Virus record (IMG/VR): IMGVR_UViG_3300021426_000001
Strand: one strand, 5' to 3'
DNA length: 64,000 bases
Source: a virus
Lineage: Duplodnaviria; Caudoviricetes
The notes under the pieces were generated by a model, which saw only the letters and a list, made by a program, of their open reading frames with translations, did no database searches and was not told the origin of the DNA. Below, piece after piece: positions 14,997-23,886 of the stretch (position 1 is the stretch's first letter; every line of letters begins with the position of its first letter). Position numbers and translations under genes: made by a program.

Positions 14997-15164
14997 TTAG
15001 TAGTCGTAAGTTTCCTTCTCGACTTTCTTCTCTCGGACGACCTTGATGCCCGACTGTCTCGCCATAGACTTAGCGAGCTTACGGCACTGATTCCAGCGCT
15101 GTTCGTTCATAGCTCTGATCTCGTCTTGGCTTAATTGTTGCTTTTTGCTCTTTTCTTTGATCAT
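14997..15164 (-). CDS. small basic hypothetical protein (55 aa)
   Basis: MIKEKSKKQQLSQDEIR... with GGAG RBS between tRNAs. Confidence 0.55.
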   Translation of the reverse strand: MIKEKSKKQQLSQDEIRAMNEQRWNQCRKLAKSMARQSGIKVVREKKVEKETYDY

Positions 15165-15197
15165 CGGATTTCTCCAAAAGTTGTTTGTGTTTATTTA

Positions 15198-15269
15198 TGG
15201 GTCAACCGGGACTCGAACCCGGACCCGAAGATTAAAAGTCTCCTCGACTACCAATTATCATATTGACCC
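15198..15269 (-). tRNA. tRNA-Lys(TTT)
   Basis: Loop CTTTTAA. Confidence 0.85.
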
Positions 15270-15273
15270 GTAG

Positions 15274-15346
15274 TACCCAACCCGGGAGTCGAACCCAGAT
15301 TAGAGGTTTAGAAGACCCCTGTTCTATTCCATTGAACTAGTCGGGC
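15274..15346 (-). tRNA. tRNA-Arg(TCT)
   Basis: Loop CTTCTAA. Confidence 0.88.
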
Positions 15347-15353
15347 AGAAGTT

Positions 15354-15662
15354 CTACTTCTTGGCGCTGAGATCGCGGATCTTCTTCAGATCGAACTTCA
15401 TAGCCGGGTAGATGCAGAACCCAGATTGACCAAAGCGTTCAATCGGTTTTGCGAGCCCAGCAGATTCGAGCTGCTGATCCAAGTCAGGCCAGTTGTTCGT
15501 ATCGACGAAAGCTTCGTCAGATCCGAGCTTCTCAGACTGTCCCTCCAGATAGATGGTGCAGACTCCGTAAGTAGAGCCATCTTTGTTGTTAGCCATGACG
15601 GCGAGGGTGTTGCCGTATTCATAGCGTGAGCGGACGAGGTCCAGAGATTTGATACTCTTCAT
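15354..15662 (-). CDS. DUF4313-like protein
   Basis: AFVDTNN and SGFCIYPAMKFD motifs. Confidence 0.65.
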   Translation of the reverse strand: MKSIKSLDLVRSRYEYGNTLAVMANNKDGSTYGVCTIYLEGQSEKLGSDEAFVDTNNWPDLDQQLESAGLAKPIERFGQSGFCIYPAMKFDLKKIRDLSAKK

Positions 15663-15696
15663 TTTAATTTGATCCTGTTGAAGTTGAACAGATTTG

Positions 15697-16044
15697 TTAG
15701 TTGATTCCTAGGAGCTTGTCGAAGTCCTTGAGGTGCTCCGGCTGTTCCTTGTATTCATAGCGGTCAGCGCAGACAGAAGTTCCGAGCCAGGTCTTCATGT
15801 TGTTGGTCCACCAAGAGTCGCCGTCCACGTAGTCATAGCGTTTCGGGTAGCGGTGAACCTTGTCATAGAGATCCTTCATGAACTTCTCCCCCTCTTCGAC
15901 AGAAGAGACTTCCACTTCCACGCAGTCATCTGGGAACCAAGCTCCGACAGAAGTGAACTTAGCAGTCGGATTGAGCGCCTTAGCAGCTTCCGTGATTTCC
16001 TTGTAAGCGTGAGTGTTGCCGATGAATACGACTCTGAATTTCAT
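15697..16044 (-). CDS. hypothetical protein
   Basis: ORF after early promoter 16076-16104 with AAGGA RBS. Confidence 0.7.
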   Translation of the reverse strand: MKFRVVFIGNTHAYKEITEAAKALNPTAKFTSVGAWFPDDCVEVEVSSVEEGEKFMKDLYDKVHRYPKRYDYVDGDSWWTNNMKTWLGTSVCADRYEYKEQPEHLKDFDKLLGIN

Positions 16045-16075
16045 GATCAATTCCTTGTTGAAGTTTTACATAATC

Positions 16076-16104
16076 AATATAGGTATTTATGTCGATTTTG
16101 TAAA
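16076..16104 (-). promoter_or_regulatory. early promoter
   Basis: TTTACA-17-TATATT. Confidence 0.7.
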
Positions 16105-16125
16105 CCCTCTTTTGAAGAATTTTAG

Positions 16126-16198
16126 TCAGCGTAAGAGGATTCGAACCTCCGACCTCGCCGCCCCGAACGGTGCGCTCTACCAGCTGAGCTATACGCTG
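16126..16198 (-). tRNA. tRNA-Pro(CGG)
   Basis: Loop TTCGGGG. Confidence 0.88.
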
Positions 16199-16209
16199 AA
16201 ATGATGTAG

Positions 16210-16283
16210 CTGGGAGGGCAGGACTCGAACCTGCAACATCCTGGTTAACGGCCAGGCGTTCTACCGATTAGAACTACGACCCA
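16210..16283 (-). tRNA. tRNA-Asn(GTT)
   Basis: Loop CCGTTAA; acceptor mismatch. Confidence 0.75.
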
Positions 16284-16294
16284 ATGAAAATTAG

Positions 16295-16368
16295 TGGAAA
16301 CGGTGGGAATCGAACCCACCACAGCCTGATTGCAAGTCAAGCTCGCCTCCTTGGTAACATGCATCCCC
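16295..16368 (-). tRNA. tRNA-Ala(TGC)
   Basis: G3:U70, loop CTTGCAA; same unusual 5' end as 13242 copy. Confidence 0.8.
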
Positions 16369-16377
16369 ATAAGATAG

Positions 16378-16450
16378 TCAGCGTAGCGGGATTCGAACCC
16401 GCGATCTCATGATCCCAAATCATGCGACTTACCAGCTAGCCTATACGCTG
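16378..16450 (-). tRNA. tRNA-Pro(TGG)
   Basis: Loop TTTGGGA. Confidence 0.88.
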
Positions 16451-16459
16451 ATTATATAG

Positions 16460-16534
16460 TCGATCGGGAGGGATTCGAACCCATCACTTTGCAGGTTTTG
16501 AATCTGCTGCCTCTGCCAGTTGGGCTACCGATCG
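16460..16534 (-). tRNA. tRNA-Leu(CAA), short variable loop
   Basis: Loop TTCAAAA, Leu-type D arm. Confidence 0.75.
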
Positions 16535-16604
16535 AAAAGATAAAGCCAAATTGTCAAACATCTGATGCGCTTCTCGAGCGAACCATTTTAGATCTTCTCA
16601 AAAT

Positions 16605-16632
16605 AAAAGAGGAAGTCTTTGTGACTTCCTCT
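16605..16632 (-). terminator. intrinsic terminator after leader ORF
   Basis: AGAGGAAGTC-ACAAA-GACTTCCTCT-TTT. Confidence 0.75.
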
Positions 16633-16660
16633 CGTTCTCCTTCAAAGATCGGATTGGAAG

Positions 16661-16798
16661 TCAACTTAGCGGATCTGCTGGCTTGATAGCATTGAATCTT
16701 GGATCAATTGCTCTCAAGTCGAGATTTTGACCGCAATATTCGCGAACTGCCGGTGTGGCCGGTGCGAAAGATTTGAATGTTGTTGCGGTCAGTGCCAT
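16661..16798 (-). CDS. putative leader peptide (45 aa)
   Basis: MALTATTFKSFAPATPAVREYCGQNLDLRAIDPRFNAIKPADPLS; AAGGA RBS, TATAAATA at 16818-16825. Confidence 0.55.
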   Translation of the reverse strand: MALTATTFKSFAPATPAVREYCGQNLDLRAIDPRFNAIKPADPLS

Positions 16799-16892
16799 TG
16801 TTGTTATCCTTTTGTATTATTTATACACGTTAAATATATAAATTTTTTGCTTTTTCCGCAGATTTTTTGAAAAAATTTGCAGATTTTTTTAG

Positions 16893-16965
16893 TAGTCCCG
16901 GGCGGAGTCGAACCGCCGTTTCTGCCTTGAGAGGGCAATGTCCTAGGCCACTAGACGAAGGGACC
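16893..16965 (-). tRNA. tRNA-Glu(CTC)
   Basis: Loop CTCTCAA. Confidence 0.9.
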
Positions 16966-16976
16966 AAAATTTGTAG

Positions 16977-17050
16977 TAGCGCCATCGGGACTCGAACCCG
17001 AATTTCCAGCTTGAGAGGCTAGCGAACTGAACCAGTTATTCGATAGCGCC
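16977..17050 (-). tRNA. tRNA-Glu(CTC)
   Basis: Loop CTCTCAA. Confidence 0.88.
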
Positions 17051-17149
17051 ATATTGAGTACAGTTTCATTCTTTTACGGCTACCCGCCGTAGCGGACCGA
17101 GGAATGCTCACGCCAAGCAGAAACTGAAAAACAATAACCGCGTGTGTAG

Positions 17150-17223
17150 TGATCCGAGCAGGATTCGAACCTGCGACCTGATGCTTAGAAGGCATCTGCT
17201 CTATCCAGCTGAGCTATCGGACC
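17150..17223 (-). tRNA. tRNA-Arg(TCT)
   Basis: Loop CTTCTAA. Confidence 0.92.
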
Positions 17224-17424
17224 ATGATCTTCATATAGAACTTGGACTTCTGCAGCAATCTTTTGTTCCAGCCTCGGTGGCGCCTTAAGCGTTTGCGATT
17301 CATAGACCGTAAGGATTGATTACCTTATCATCGGACTTCAACCGATGTTCTCCAGCCGAGATATGAAGTGTTCCGCGACGATAACGATCTTGATCTTAGA
17401 GGTTCTCGTTAGCGGAACGATCAT

Positions 17425-17453
17425 AATATAGGAAATAAATTGCGGTTCGTAAA
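17425..17453 (-). promoter_or_regulatory. early promoter at head of tRNA island
   Basis: TTTACG-17-TATATT with UP element. Confidence 0.7.
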
Positions 17454-17487
17454 TGGTCTTTCTTAAAAATTTTTGATTTTTTTCTTT

Positions 17488-17928
17488 TTATTTCAGTTTA
17501 GAGACCAAAAAGCCTTTTAACGCGATTACGACATCTCTTTCTGCAAGATCAACTTCAAGCTCGCCCTCTGTCTTTAGAGTTTCCGTGAATGGAATCTTTG
17601 CTTCATAGATCGTATCTACGGACGCCTTTATCTCAAAATGGAAGCCTGGACCATCTTCGTAGTCTTTGACTGACAGATTGAATGAGTATTTTTCTGGAGT
17701 TAGATTTGGATGCTTTACGGTGCTGAACACGCCCTTCAAAGCTCTCAATAGCGTACTTCTTATCTTTCTCTTGCTGTATGTGATAGATTTCACCTCTGGG
17801 CCAAAATTTAGCCAAGCGATATGCTTCAGATCTACATCTATAGACTCGTCTCGTACTCCGCTGCTATCCATAGACTCGTCAATTCTCTTACTGACTAAGA
17901 TGAGACCAAGTGCACTTTCGATATTCAT
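17488..17928 (-). CDS. late hypothetical protein
   Basis: TATAAATA at 17949-17956; N-terminus MNIESALGLILVSKRIDES. Confidence 0.65.
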   Translation of the reverse strand: MNIESALGLILVSKRIDESMDSSGVRDESIDVDLKHIAWLNFGPEVKSITYSKRKIRSTLLRALKGVFSTVKHPNLTPEKYSFNLSVKDYEDGPGFHFEIKASVDTIYEAKIPFTETLKTEGELEVDLAERDVVIALKGFLVSKLK

Positions 17929-18011
17929 GAAAAATTCCTCTATATTGGTATTTATACAAAAAAGAGGACGAAAGTGACTTCATCCTCTTTTCATGTTAGT
18001 TGTTCGATCGT

Positions 18012-18638
18012 CTAGTAGTTAGAGACCTGACGGAACTTGTTCGTCGCCCACTTGCCGTAGAAGTAGCGGAAGACCTCGATTCTCGAACCCATGATCGACT
18101 CGCCGAGCTGAAGCAGAGCGATGTAGAACTTGTGGATTCTGCGCCAGAATGCCTTCTGATCAACGAGAACGTGATCCTTCTTCCAAGTCTTGTTCTTGAG
18201 GCAGTTCGTAGCGGCAGTGAGATACTCGTAGACGCAGACACGCTGATCGAAGGACATGTTGTAGTTGTCTTCGAAGACAGCCTCATCATTGTACTGAGTT
18301 CCGTCAACGCCGAGAAGGATCATCATCTCAGTTGCGAAGATGAGAGCGTCTTCGAACTCTTCCTTGACGTGCTCTTGGTTGTGCTCAGCAGCAGCCATCT
18401 TCATCTCGCCGAGCTCTTCCATGACTCTCTGAGAGAGGATCTTGATGATGAGCTGGTCGTTGGTATTGCTGATGTTTAGACCGCGATGGATGTTGTATGG
18501 GTTCTGCGGGCAGTTCTCGCTCTCGATGCGGACATAGGCGTCCACGAGGGAGTCCTGCATCTTAAACATGCCGCGAATGATGCCCTCGTCCATGTACTTG
18601 ATGTATTCTTTGTCATTCTGAAAGTCTGAAACGTTCAT
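18012..18638 (-). CDS. dimeric dUTPase/dCTP pyrophosphatase (all-alpha NTP-PPase)
   Basis: EELGE...HVKEEFEDALIF acidic motifs, LKNKTWKK, NKFRQVSNY end. Confidence 0.7.
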   Translation of the reverse strand: MNVSDFQNDKEYIKYMDEGIIRGMFKMQDSLVDAYVRIESENCPQNPYNIHRGLNISNTNDQLIIKILSQRVMEELGEMKMAAAEHNQEHVKEEFEDALIFATEMMILLGVDGTQYNDEAVFEDNYNMSFDQRVCVYEYLTAATNCLKNKTWKKDHVLVDQKAFWRRIHKFYIALLQLGESIMGSRIEVFRYFYGKWATNKFRQVSNY

Positions 18639-18658
18639 AGTTCAATTTCCTTGAAAGT

Positions 18659-19198
18659 TTATTCCAAATTTACTAAATCTGCGACTCTTCTCTGGTTCTC
18701 CATGAAGGCCTCTAGCCAAGCGTCGAACTTGCTGTAGTCGGAGTCCTTTGTCCAGTCGAACACGAACAGATTTCTGCCCATCATCGCCACGTCGTTGACA
18801 GAGAATACGCGATACATCTCACGAAGTCTGTCGATGTTCTCGATGATTCCGTCCATCTGCTCTCTGTCGCCCCAGTTCTTCACGGCGTCCATAGACGGGC
18901 ACGCGTAGACGAAGAGCTCTACCTGATCCAAGAAGTGGTCCTTGTCGATGAACTCCTCCTGGAAGCGGTCTTTGCCTCGTAGAACGAGTCCATTGGCGTA
19001 CTCTTCGATGATAGAGAATCGATCAAAGACAGAGTTGAGCTCAGAGTTGAGATTGTCTTCGAGATACTTGAGAACCTCAGAGGTCTCCATCTTTGGACCG
19101 CCCTTGCTTCTAACGTAGTTGAAGTTGAACTTCTCTGCGATGTGATTAGCGAGAGAAGTCTTGCCGCTGTTGTCACAGCCATATACCACTATGTTCAT
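18659..19198 (-). CDS. dNMP/thymidylate-kinase-like protein
   Basis: P-loop GCDNSGKT and FDR motif. Confidence 0.75.
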   Translation of the reverse strand: MNIVVYGCDNSGKTSLANHIAEKFNFNYVRSKGGPKMETSEVLKYLEDNLNSELNSVFDRFSIIEEYANGLVLRGKDRFQEEFIDKDHFLDQVELFVYACPSMDAVKNWGDREQMDGIIENIDRLREMYRVFSVNDVAMMGRNLFVFDWTKDSDYSKFDAWLEAFMENQRRVADLVNLE

Positions 19199-19287
19199 AG
19201 TTTACCTCTGCATTAAATATACTCATTTATGGGTACACAAAAATTCCGCCCTTGCGAGCGGAACTGAGGTTTATTCTGAGACCGCTA

Positions 19288-20277
19288 CTAAGACAGCTTC
19301 CAGCCCTTGACTTCTACATCCTCGTTCTCGTAGCCGGTGAATGCAGGGAACGACCATAGACGTCCCTTGAGCTCTCCGCCGCCTCTCTTGAACCACTTGT
19401 ACTGGCTGAAGCTGAAGCCGCCTCTCATCATTGACGCTGGCTCGCTCATGCTTCTCATGTAGCTGATGTCCATGCTGTCGAACAGATCCTTGAAGTCCTT
19501 GTAGCTGTTGTTGTCATTTCCGCAGTTCTCATGGAAGAAGTCCATGACTGAAGACTTCGGGACTCTGTATCTCATAGCTTGGCCAGTCATAGAATCGATG
19601 GGATCATCTGTGAACTCGAACTCCAAGTGATCGAAGTCTGGAATTCCTCTCTCGCCAGGATCTTTCTTCTCTTCGTCAGCCATAGCGACTGCACGATCTA
19701 GAGCGCTAGAAGCCCTTTCGCATATTCTTCTCAGCCACTCTGAGAAGTCCCTCTTGTTGATCGTAACGTCGATGTCGAAGCTGCTGTAGCGTCCCTTAGC
19801 GTACTCGTGCCATTCCCAGTTCAGATCCTGATGGCTGAAGATTCCCTGACTTCCCTCAGAGTCTCTATAGCTGAAAGTGTCGCCAGTGTCTCTGCCGTCG
19901 ATTTCGAGATGAGCTACGATGCAGAGCTTTCTCATCTGTCTAAGATCGAACTCGATCACTGTCCTGTGAGGATTTCCAGAAGCGTCGTTCTTCTGATCGA
20001 AGATGTACATGTAGTCAGATCCGTCATCTGATCCCTTTCTGATCTCGAATGAGCCCAGTTCAGAACTGAACATCTTGCAGAGCTCGTAGATTATGTCGCT
20101 ATAGATGCCAGAGTTCTTGTTCGTCTTGAATGTAACGTGAGCTTCTTTGTATGCGTTAGCTTCAGCTTTTTTAGCGTCTCTGCGCTCCTTGCGCTTAGCC
20201 TTCTTCTCTTCGTCTGACATCCTCTCTAGCACGAGTCCAGACTCATTTATGATCGAAAATGCTTTGTACTTGTTCAT
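19288..20277 (-). CDS. late protein with N-terminal ESAG-like motif
   Basis: KAFSIINESGLVLE; TATAAATA at 20293-20300. Confidence 0.65.
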   Translation of the reverse strand: MNKYKAFSIINESGLVLERMSDEEKKAKRKERRDAKKAEANAYKEAHVTFKTNKNSGIYSDIIYELCKMFSSELGSFEIRKGSDDGSDYMYIFDQKNDASGNPHRTVIEFDLRQMRKLCIVAHLEIDGRDTGDTFSYRDSEGSQGIFSHQDLNWEWHEYAKGRYSSFDIDVTINKRDFSEWLRRICERASSALDRAVAMADEEKKDPGERGIPDFDHLEFEFTDDPIDSMTGQAMRYRVPKSSVMDFFHENCGNDNNSYKDFKDLFDSMDISYMRSMSEPASMMRGGFSFSQYKWFKRGGGELKGRLWSFPAFTGYENEDVEVKGWKLS

Positions 20278-20366
20278 GAGTAAACCTCGATTTATTTATA
20301 CAAAGAGACGAGCCCGTCAGAGCCCGTCCCATGATCGAATCAGACAATCATTTATTGTAGATGCCT

Positions 20367-21056
20367 CTAGAAGATCGTGTTCTCGAAGTCCTTGCGGTAT
20401 GCGTGGAGCGAGAAGACCGTCTGCTGGAAGTTGCCCACTGGCATTCCGACTTTCTCTGCTACGTACTCGAGGAGACGAATAGAGAGGTATACGTCGTTGC
20501 AGAAGTGAGTGTAGATGTCGCAGGATCTCATCACGTTGTGCATGTTGAGCTTTCCGCCGCGATAGAAGAAGTGATAGCCGAGCGTGCAAGGGCAGCGGCC
20601 GACTCCAGTGAACTTGTCTGGGTCTTCGTTCGGATCCCACATCGAGAGCCATGCCTGACGAGTCATCGGGTCGTTCTTGAGGCACTGAATGACCTTGTCG
20701 AGCTGAAGATTGCGGTGATAGCGCTCGTTGTATGTGTAGCTCTGCTTGCCGTCCTTCATGAACTCAGTCCAGACTTCAGCACGGAGCTTCCATGCTTCGC
20801 CAGGGTTCATGTCTTCCTTAGCGACACGCTCAAGGAACTCAGCGTCAGCCCATGGCTGGGTCACGCCAGTGATGTCAGAAGACTTAGCGTCCTGAAGAAC
20901 CCACGAGTAGTTCTGGATCTCCTTGGTCTCGAACATCGGATTCTTCTCGATGTCCTTGTTCTGATAGGTCTTCGTGTGAATAGAGATGCCGTTCTCGGAG
21001 ACATCTCTCTTGATTTCGCCGTAAGCATCTTTCCAGTTTGAATATATTCTAGCCAT
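20367..21056 (-). CDS. thymidylate synthase-family enzyme, probable dCMP hydroxymethylase type
   Basis: TRQA, PCT catalytic Cys, MRSCD...HFCND (Asp at the specificity position as in T4 gp42). Confidence 0.75.
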   Translation of the reverse strand: MARIYSNWKDAYGEIKRDVSENGISIHTKTYQNKDIEKNPMFETKEIQNYSWVLQDAKSSDITGVTQPWADAEFLERVAKEDMNPGEAWKLRAEVWTEFMKDGKQSYTYNERYHRNLQLDKVIQCLKNDPMTRQAWLSMWDPNEDPDKFTGVGRCPCTLGYHFFYRGGKLNMHNVMRSCDIYTHFCNDVYLSIRLLEYVAEKVGMPVGNFQQTVFSLHAYRKDFENTIF

Positions 21057-21140
21057 AATTAGTTTCCTTATAAGGATCGGGTAAAATATAGTCAAATCAA
21101 GAAACACAAAAATTCCGCCCAGATTGAGCGGAATGAAGAG

Positions 21141-21599
21141 TTAGCCCCAGTTCTCCTGTCTTGCGACTGGCGTGTAGCGTTGCGGACCAGAGCTGTAGTT
21201 GATCTTCTTGTTTCGATTTCTCCAGTTAGGGAGCTGATCGTGGCTGGTCAGATGGAATTCCTGACAAAGCTTGCAGAAGTAGACATACTTCTCTTTTCTG
21301 GTCTCAGAGCCCTCACGCTGGTTCTTGTTGCACATGTAGAGAGCGTATTCTGCATCTTCTTTCTTCTTGTAGCCGATCTTCCCAGTCGGGCAAGTAGCGT
21401 TCTCTTTGAGCTCGCTTACGTTCTCTGGATTGCTGAGCTTCGTAGCAGCTTCGAGACGCCATTGACGGATCTTAGCTTCGCGAGCCGGAATGACTTCGTA
21501 TTGGAAGCACTTCTCGCAGCAGACTCCGTTCGTGACTGGGTCAGCGTTTCTGTAATAATGCTTAAGCGGGAACTTGCATATTGAGCATTCTCTTTCCAT
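21141..21599 (-). CDS. Zn-finger protein
   Basis: CSIC...CCEKC and YFCKLCQEFHLTS motifs. Confidence 0.65.
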   Translation of the reverse strand: MERECSICKFPLKHYYRNADPVTNGVCCEKCFQYEVIPAREAKIRQWRLEAATKLSNPENVSELKENATCPTGKIGYKKKEDAEYALYMCNKNQREGSETRKEKYVYFCKLCQEFHLTSHDQLPNWRNRNKKINYSSGPQRYTPVARQENWG

Positions 21600-21679
21600 T
21601 TTTGATTCTCTAGAGTTTGAGGTTAAACAAAAGGGCTGGGTCAATCAGGGAGCAGAGACCCAGCCCGTGAGAAGATGGC

Positions 21680-22588
21680 TTAGGCAGCCTGAGCTGCTTC
21701 GGCCCTCTTGTGAGACTTCTTCTTGTGATCTTCGAAGTACTTGCGGATAGCGGCGAGCTTTTCCGTCTTGACCTGCTTGACGCGAGCGTCGTTGACGATC
21801 TTTTCGTCGGAGAGGCCGAGTTCGATGATCTTGATGTTGTCCTTGTGAGTGCCAGCCGGGATCTGAGCCATAGCCTGAGCCCTGTACTGACCCTTAGTCG
21901 TCAGATCTGCGTCCTTCGGGATGTAGACGTAGTAAGTGATGGATTCCTTCCCGTCCTTCTTGTGGCGAGGGAGCTTGCGGACGGTGCCGAAGAGAGACTT
22001 GATGTACTTGTTGTAGGAGGAGACGAGCGTGTCTTCAGTAGCGTCGATCAAGTCATCGCAGAACTTGAGGAAGTCTGCCTGATATTCGAACTTGTGACGG
22101 CGGAGTCCTTCGAGAACATCCTTGACTTCCTGGTCATCGATGAATTCCATGAGCTTCTTGAAGGAGACAGAGTCGATTAGCTTCACGTGGTTGATCTTGA
22201 TGGACTTCATGTTGAAGTGTCCGCCGATGGTCTTATAGTACCACATGCGCTTGGAGTTCTTGTACGTGTTGAAGTTCGGGTTCGATTCGCGGAGATCGAA
22301 GACCCTGTTCGTTTCGCCGAGACCTTCGACGCCGTTAGCGAGAATGTCATAGTAGCGGGGACGGCCGAGCGTGTTGGCTTCGTTGAACTTGTTTTCGTTT
22401 TCGATGACTTCATCCACGATGGCGTTGAAGGCCGTGAGAGTGTGAGTCTTCGGAATAGCGATAGAGCAGTTCTTCGGCCACATGCGGTTGCGGAGGAAGC
22501 CGCTGTGCGTATCGTTCTTGAGATCGCGGTAATGGAGGTCGAAGATGGAGCCAGACTTGGTCTTGATTTCGGAGTCAGTAATGATCAT
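21680..22588 (-). CDS. hypothetical protein
   Basis: 302-aa ORF with own early promoter 22633-22661 and terminator. Confidence 0.75.
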   Translation of the reverse strand: MIITDSEIKTKSGSIFDLHYRDLKNDTHSGFLRNRMWPKNCSIAIPKTHTLTAFNAIVDEVIENENKFNEANTLGRPRYYDILANGVEGLGETNRVFDLRESNPNFNTYKNSKRMWYYKTIGGHFNMKSIKINHVKLIDSVSFKKLMEFIDDQEVKDVLEGLRRHKFEYQADFLKFCDDLIDATEDTLVSSYNKYIKSLFGTVRKLPRHKKDGKESITYYVYIPKDADLTTKGQYRAQAMAQIPAGTHKDNIKIIELGLSDEKIVNDARVKQVKTEKLAAIRKYFEDHKKKSHKRAEAAQAA

Positions 22589-22747
22589 ATTTAATGTCCT
22601 TTAGTTAGGAGGTTAATTAAGTTTACATGTCTAATATAGGAATCTGCATGAGATTTCTAAACCCCTAAAATCAGAAAAATCTAAATTTTTTGAGAAAACA
22701 CAAAAAATCCGCCCAATAGAGCGGATTTGTTTAGATTTTGTTACAGA

Positions 22748-23848
22748 TTAGAGTCTTTCCTTAGCTGCTGCGATTAGCTTGGCAGTTCTGTCTACGACAT
22801 CTTCGCCGTAAGCTGCAACCGCGCCTGGATCTTCATGGAACATCGTGTCTAGACCATCGCCGATAGCGTCCAGAAGAGCAGCTGCGTCAGTGCCCTCTTC
22901 GAAGAGAACCATGACCTTGCCGTCATGAGCAGTCACATTAGTGATAGCGCCAGCTCCGTTGATGTACTTCAGAGCGATAGCGTCATCGATAGCGTCCTTC
23001 AGATCGTCTGGATCGACTTCTAGCGTCGGGATAGTGAGAAAGAATGAGCCAGAAGCTTCGTTGACCTTCATTCCAGCAGACTTGATGATAGCGAGAGCCT
23101 CTTCGACTTTCTTCTTGTCATCTTCATCTGCCTTCTTCTTGTCGTCGTCTTCCTTGTCCTTCTTCTCTGTCACTACGTGGAGTCCGTTGGCCTCTGCTAC
23201 TTTGATAGCCTCTGCGATCTCTTCTTCAGTCGGCATGATATTAGAGTCGTCTACGATGCAGCCAGCTGCCTTCACGATAGCGATAGCTTCGTCGATCTTC
23301 TCCTTGGGAATCTCCTTGCCGTCCTTAGTCTTGTAGCACTTCTTTCCGCCACAGCACTTCTCGTCGCAGCAGCCCTTCTCCTTCTCTTCCTTCTCCCTCT
23401 TCTGCTTCTCCTTGAGGTCGTTCTTGCGTGACTCAGAGAGGAACTGGCGGAATCCAGTGATCTCGGAGTGGATAGAAGCCTCAGATACTTGCTCACCAGC
23501 TGGAGCGTCCTGTGACTCTTTGTTGTAGCCGATTCCAGACTTCATTCCGTCACCAGCTAGCATGTAGTTGGCTAGAATAGTGTCGACGGCGGTCTTGTTC
23601 TTCGCGATCTGAATAGCCTGAGCGAATCTCGATGCTGAGGTTCCGCCCGTTCCATGGCCGATCATATTCTGCAGCTCGTTGGCGAGAATAGTCTTTGCCT
23701 GCGTTAGGCCAACCGAGTCAGCGAGCTTGTCGAAGAACGAGCCCGTGATGTACTTCTTTGCGAGGCTTGCGATAGAATTCTTGACGGCGCTGAGCTCTGC
23801 TTCGTTCAGCTGTGTCTCGTTATTTTCAGTCATTTTGTGAAACTCCAT
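22748..23848 (-). CDS. late acidic protein with three ESAG-like repeats (putative prohead core/internal protein)
   Basis: EAIAIVKAAG, EAIKVAEANG, EALAIIKSAGMKVNE; FRQFLSE; TATAAATA at 23866-23873. Confidence 0.65.
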   Translation of the reverse strand: MEFHKMTENNETQLNEAELSAVKNSIASLAKKYITGSFFDKLADSVGLTQAKTILANELQNMIGHGTGGTSASRFAQAIQIAKNKTAVDTILANYMLAGDGMKSGIGYNKESQDAPAGEQVSEASIHSEITGFRQFLSESRKNDLKEKQKREKEEKEKGCCDEKCCGGKKCYKTKDGKEIPKEKIDEAIAIVKAAGCIVDDSNIMPTEEEIAEAIKVAEANGLHVVTEKKDKEDDDKKKADEDDKKKVEEALAIIKSAGMKVNEASGSFFLTIPTLEVDPDDLKDAIDDAIALKYINGAGAITNVTAHDGKVMVLFEEGTDAAALLDAIGDGLDTMFHEDPGAVAAYGEDVVDRTAKLIAAAKERL

Positions 23849-23886
23849 TATTTGTTGTTCTAGTTTATTTATATTAGAAGTTCATA

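Noticed and set aside
7739-16686. Most 60-190 aa ORFs listed across the tRNA island
   Set aside because: They overlap tRNA genes or are antisense to them and lack RBSs.
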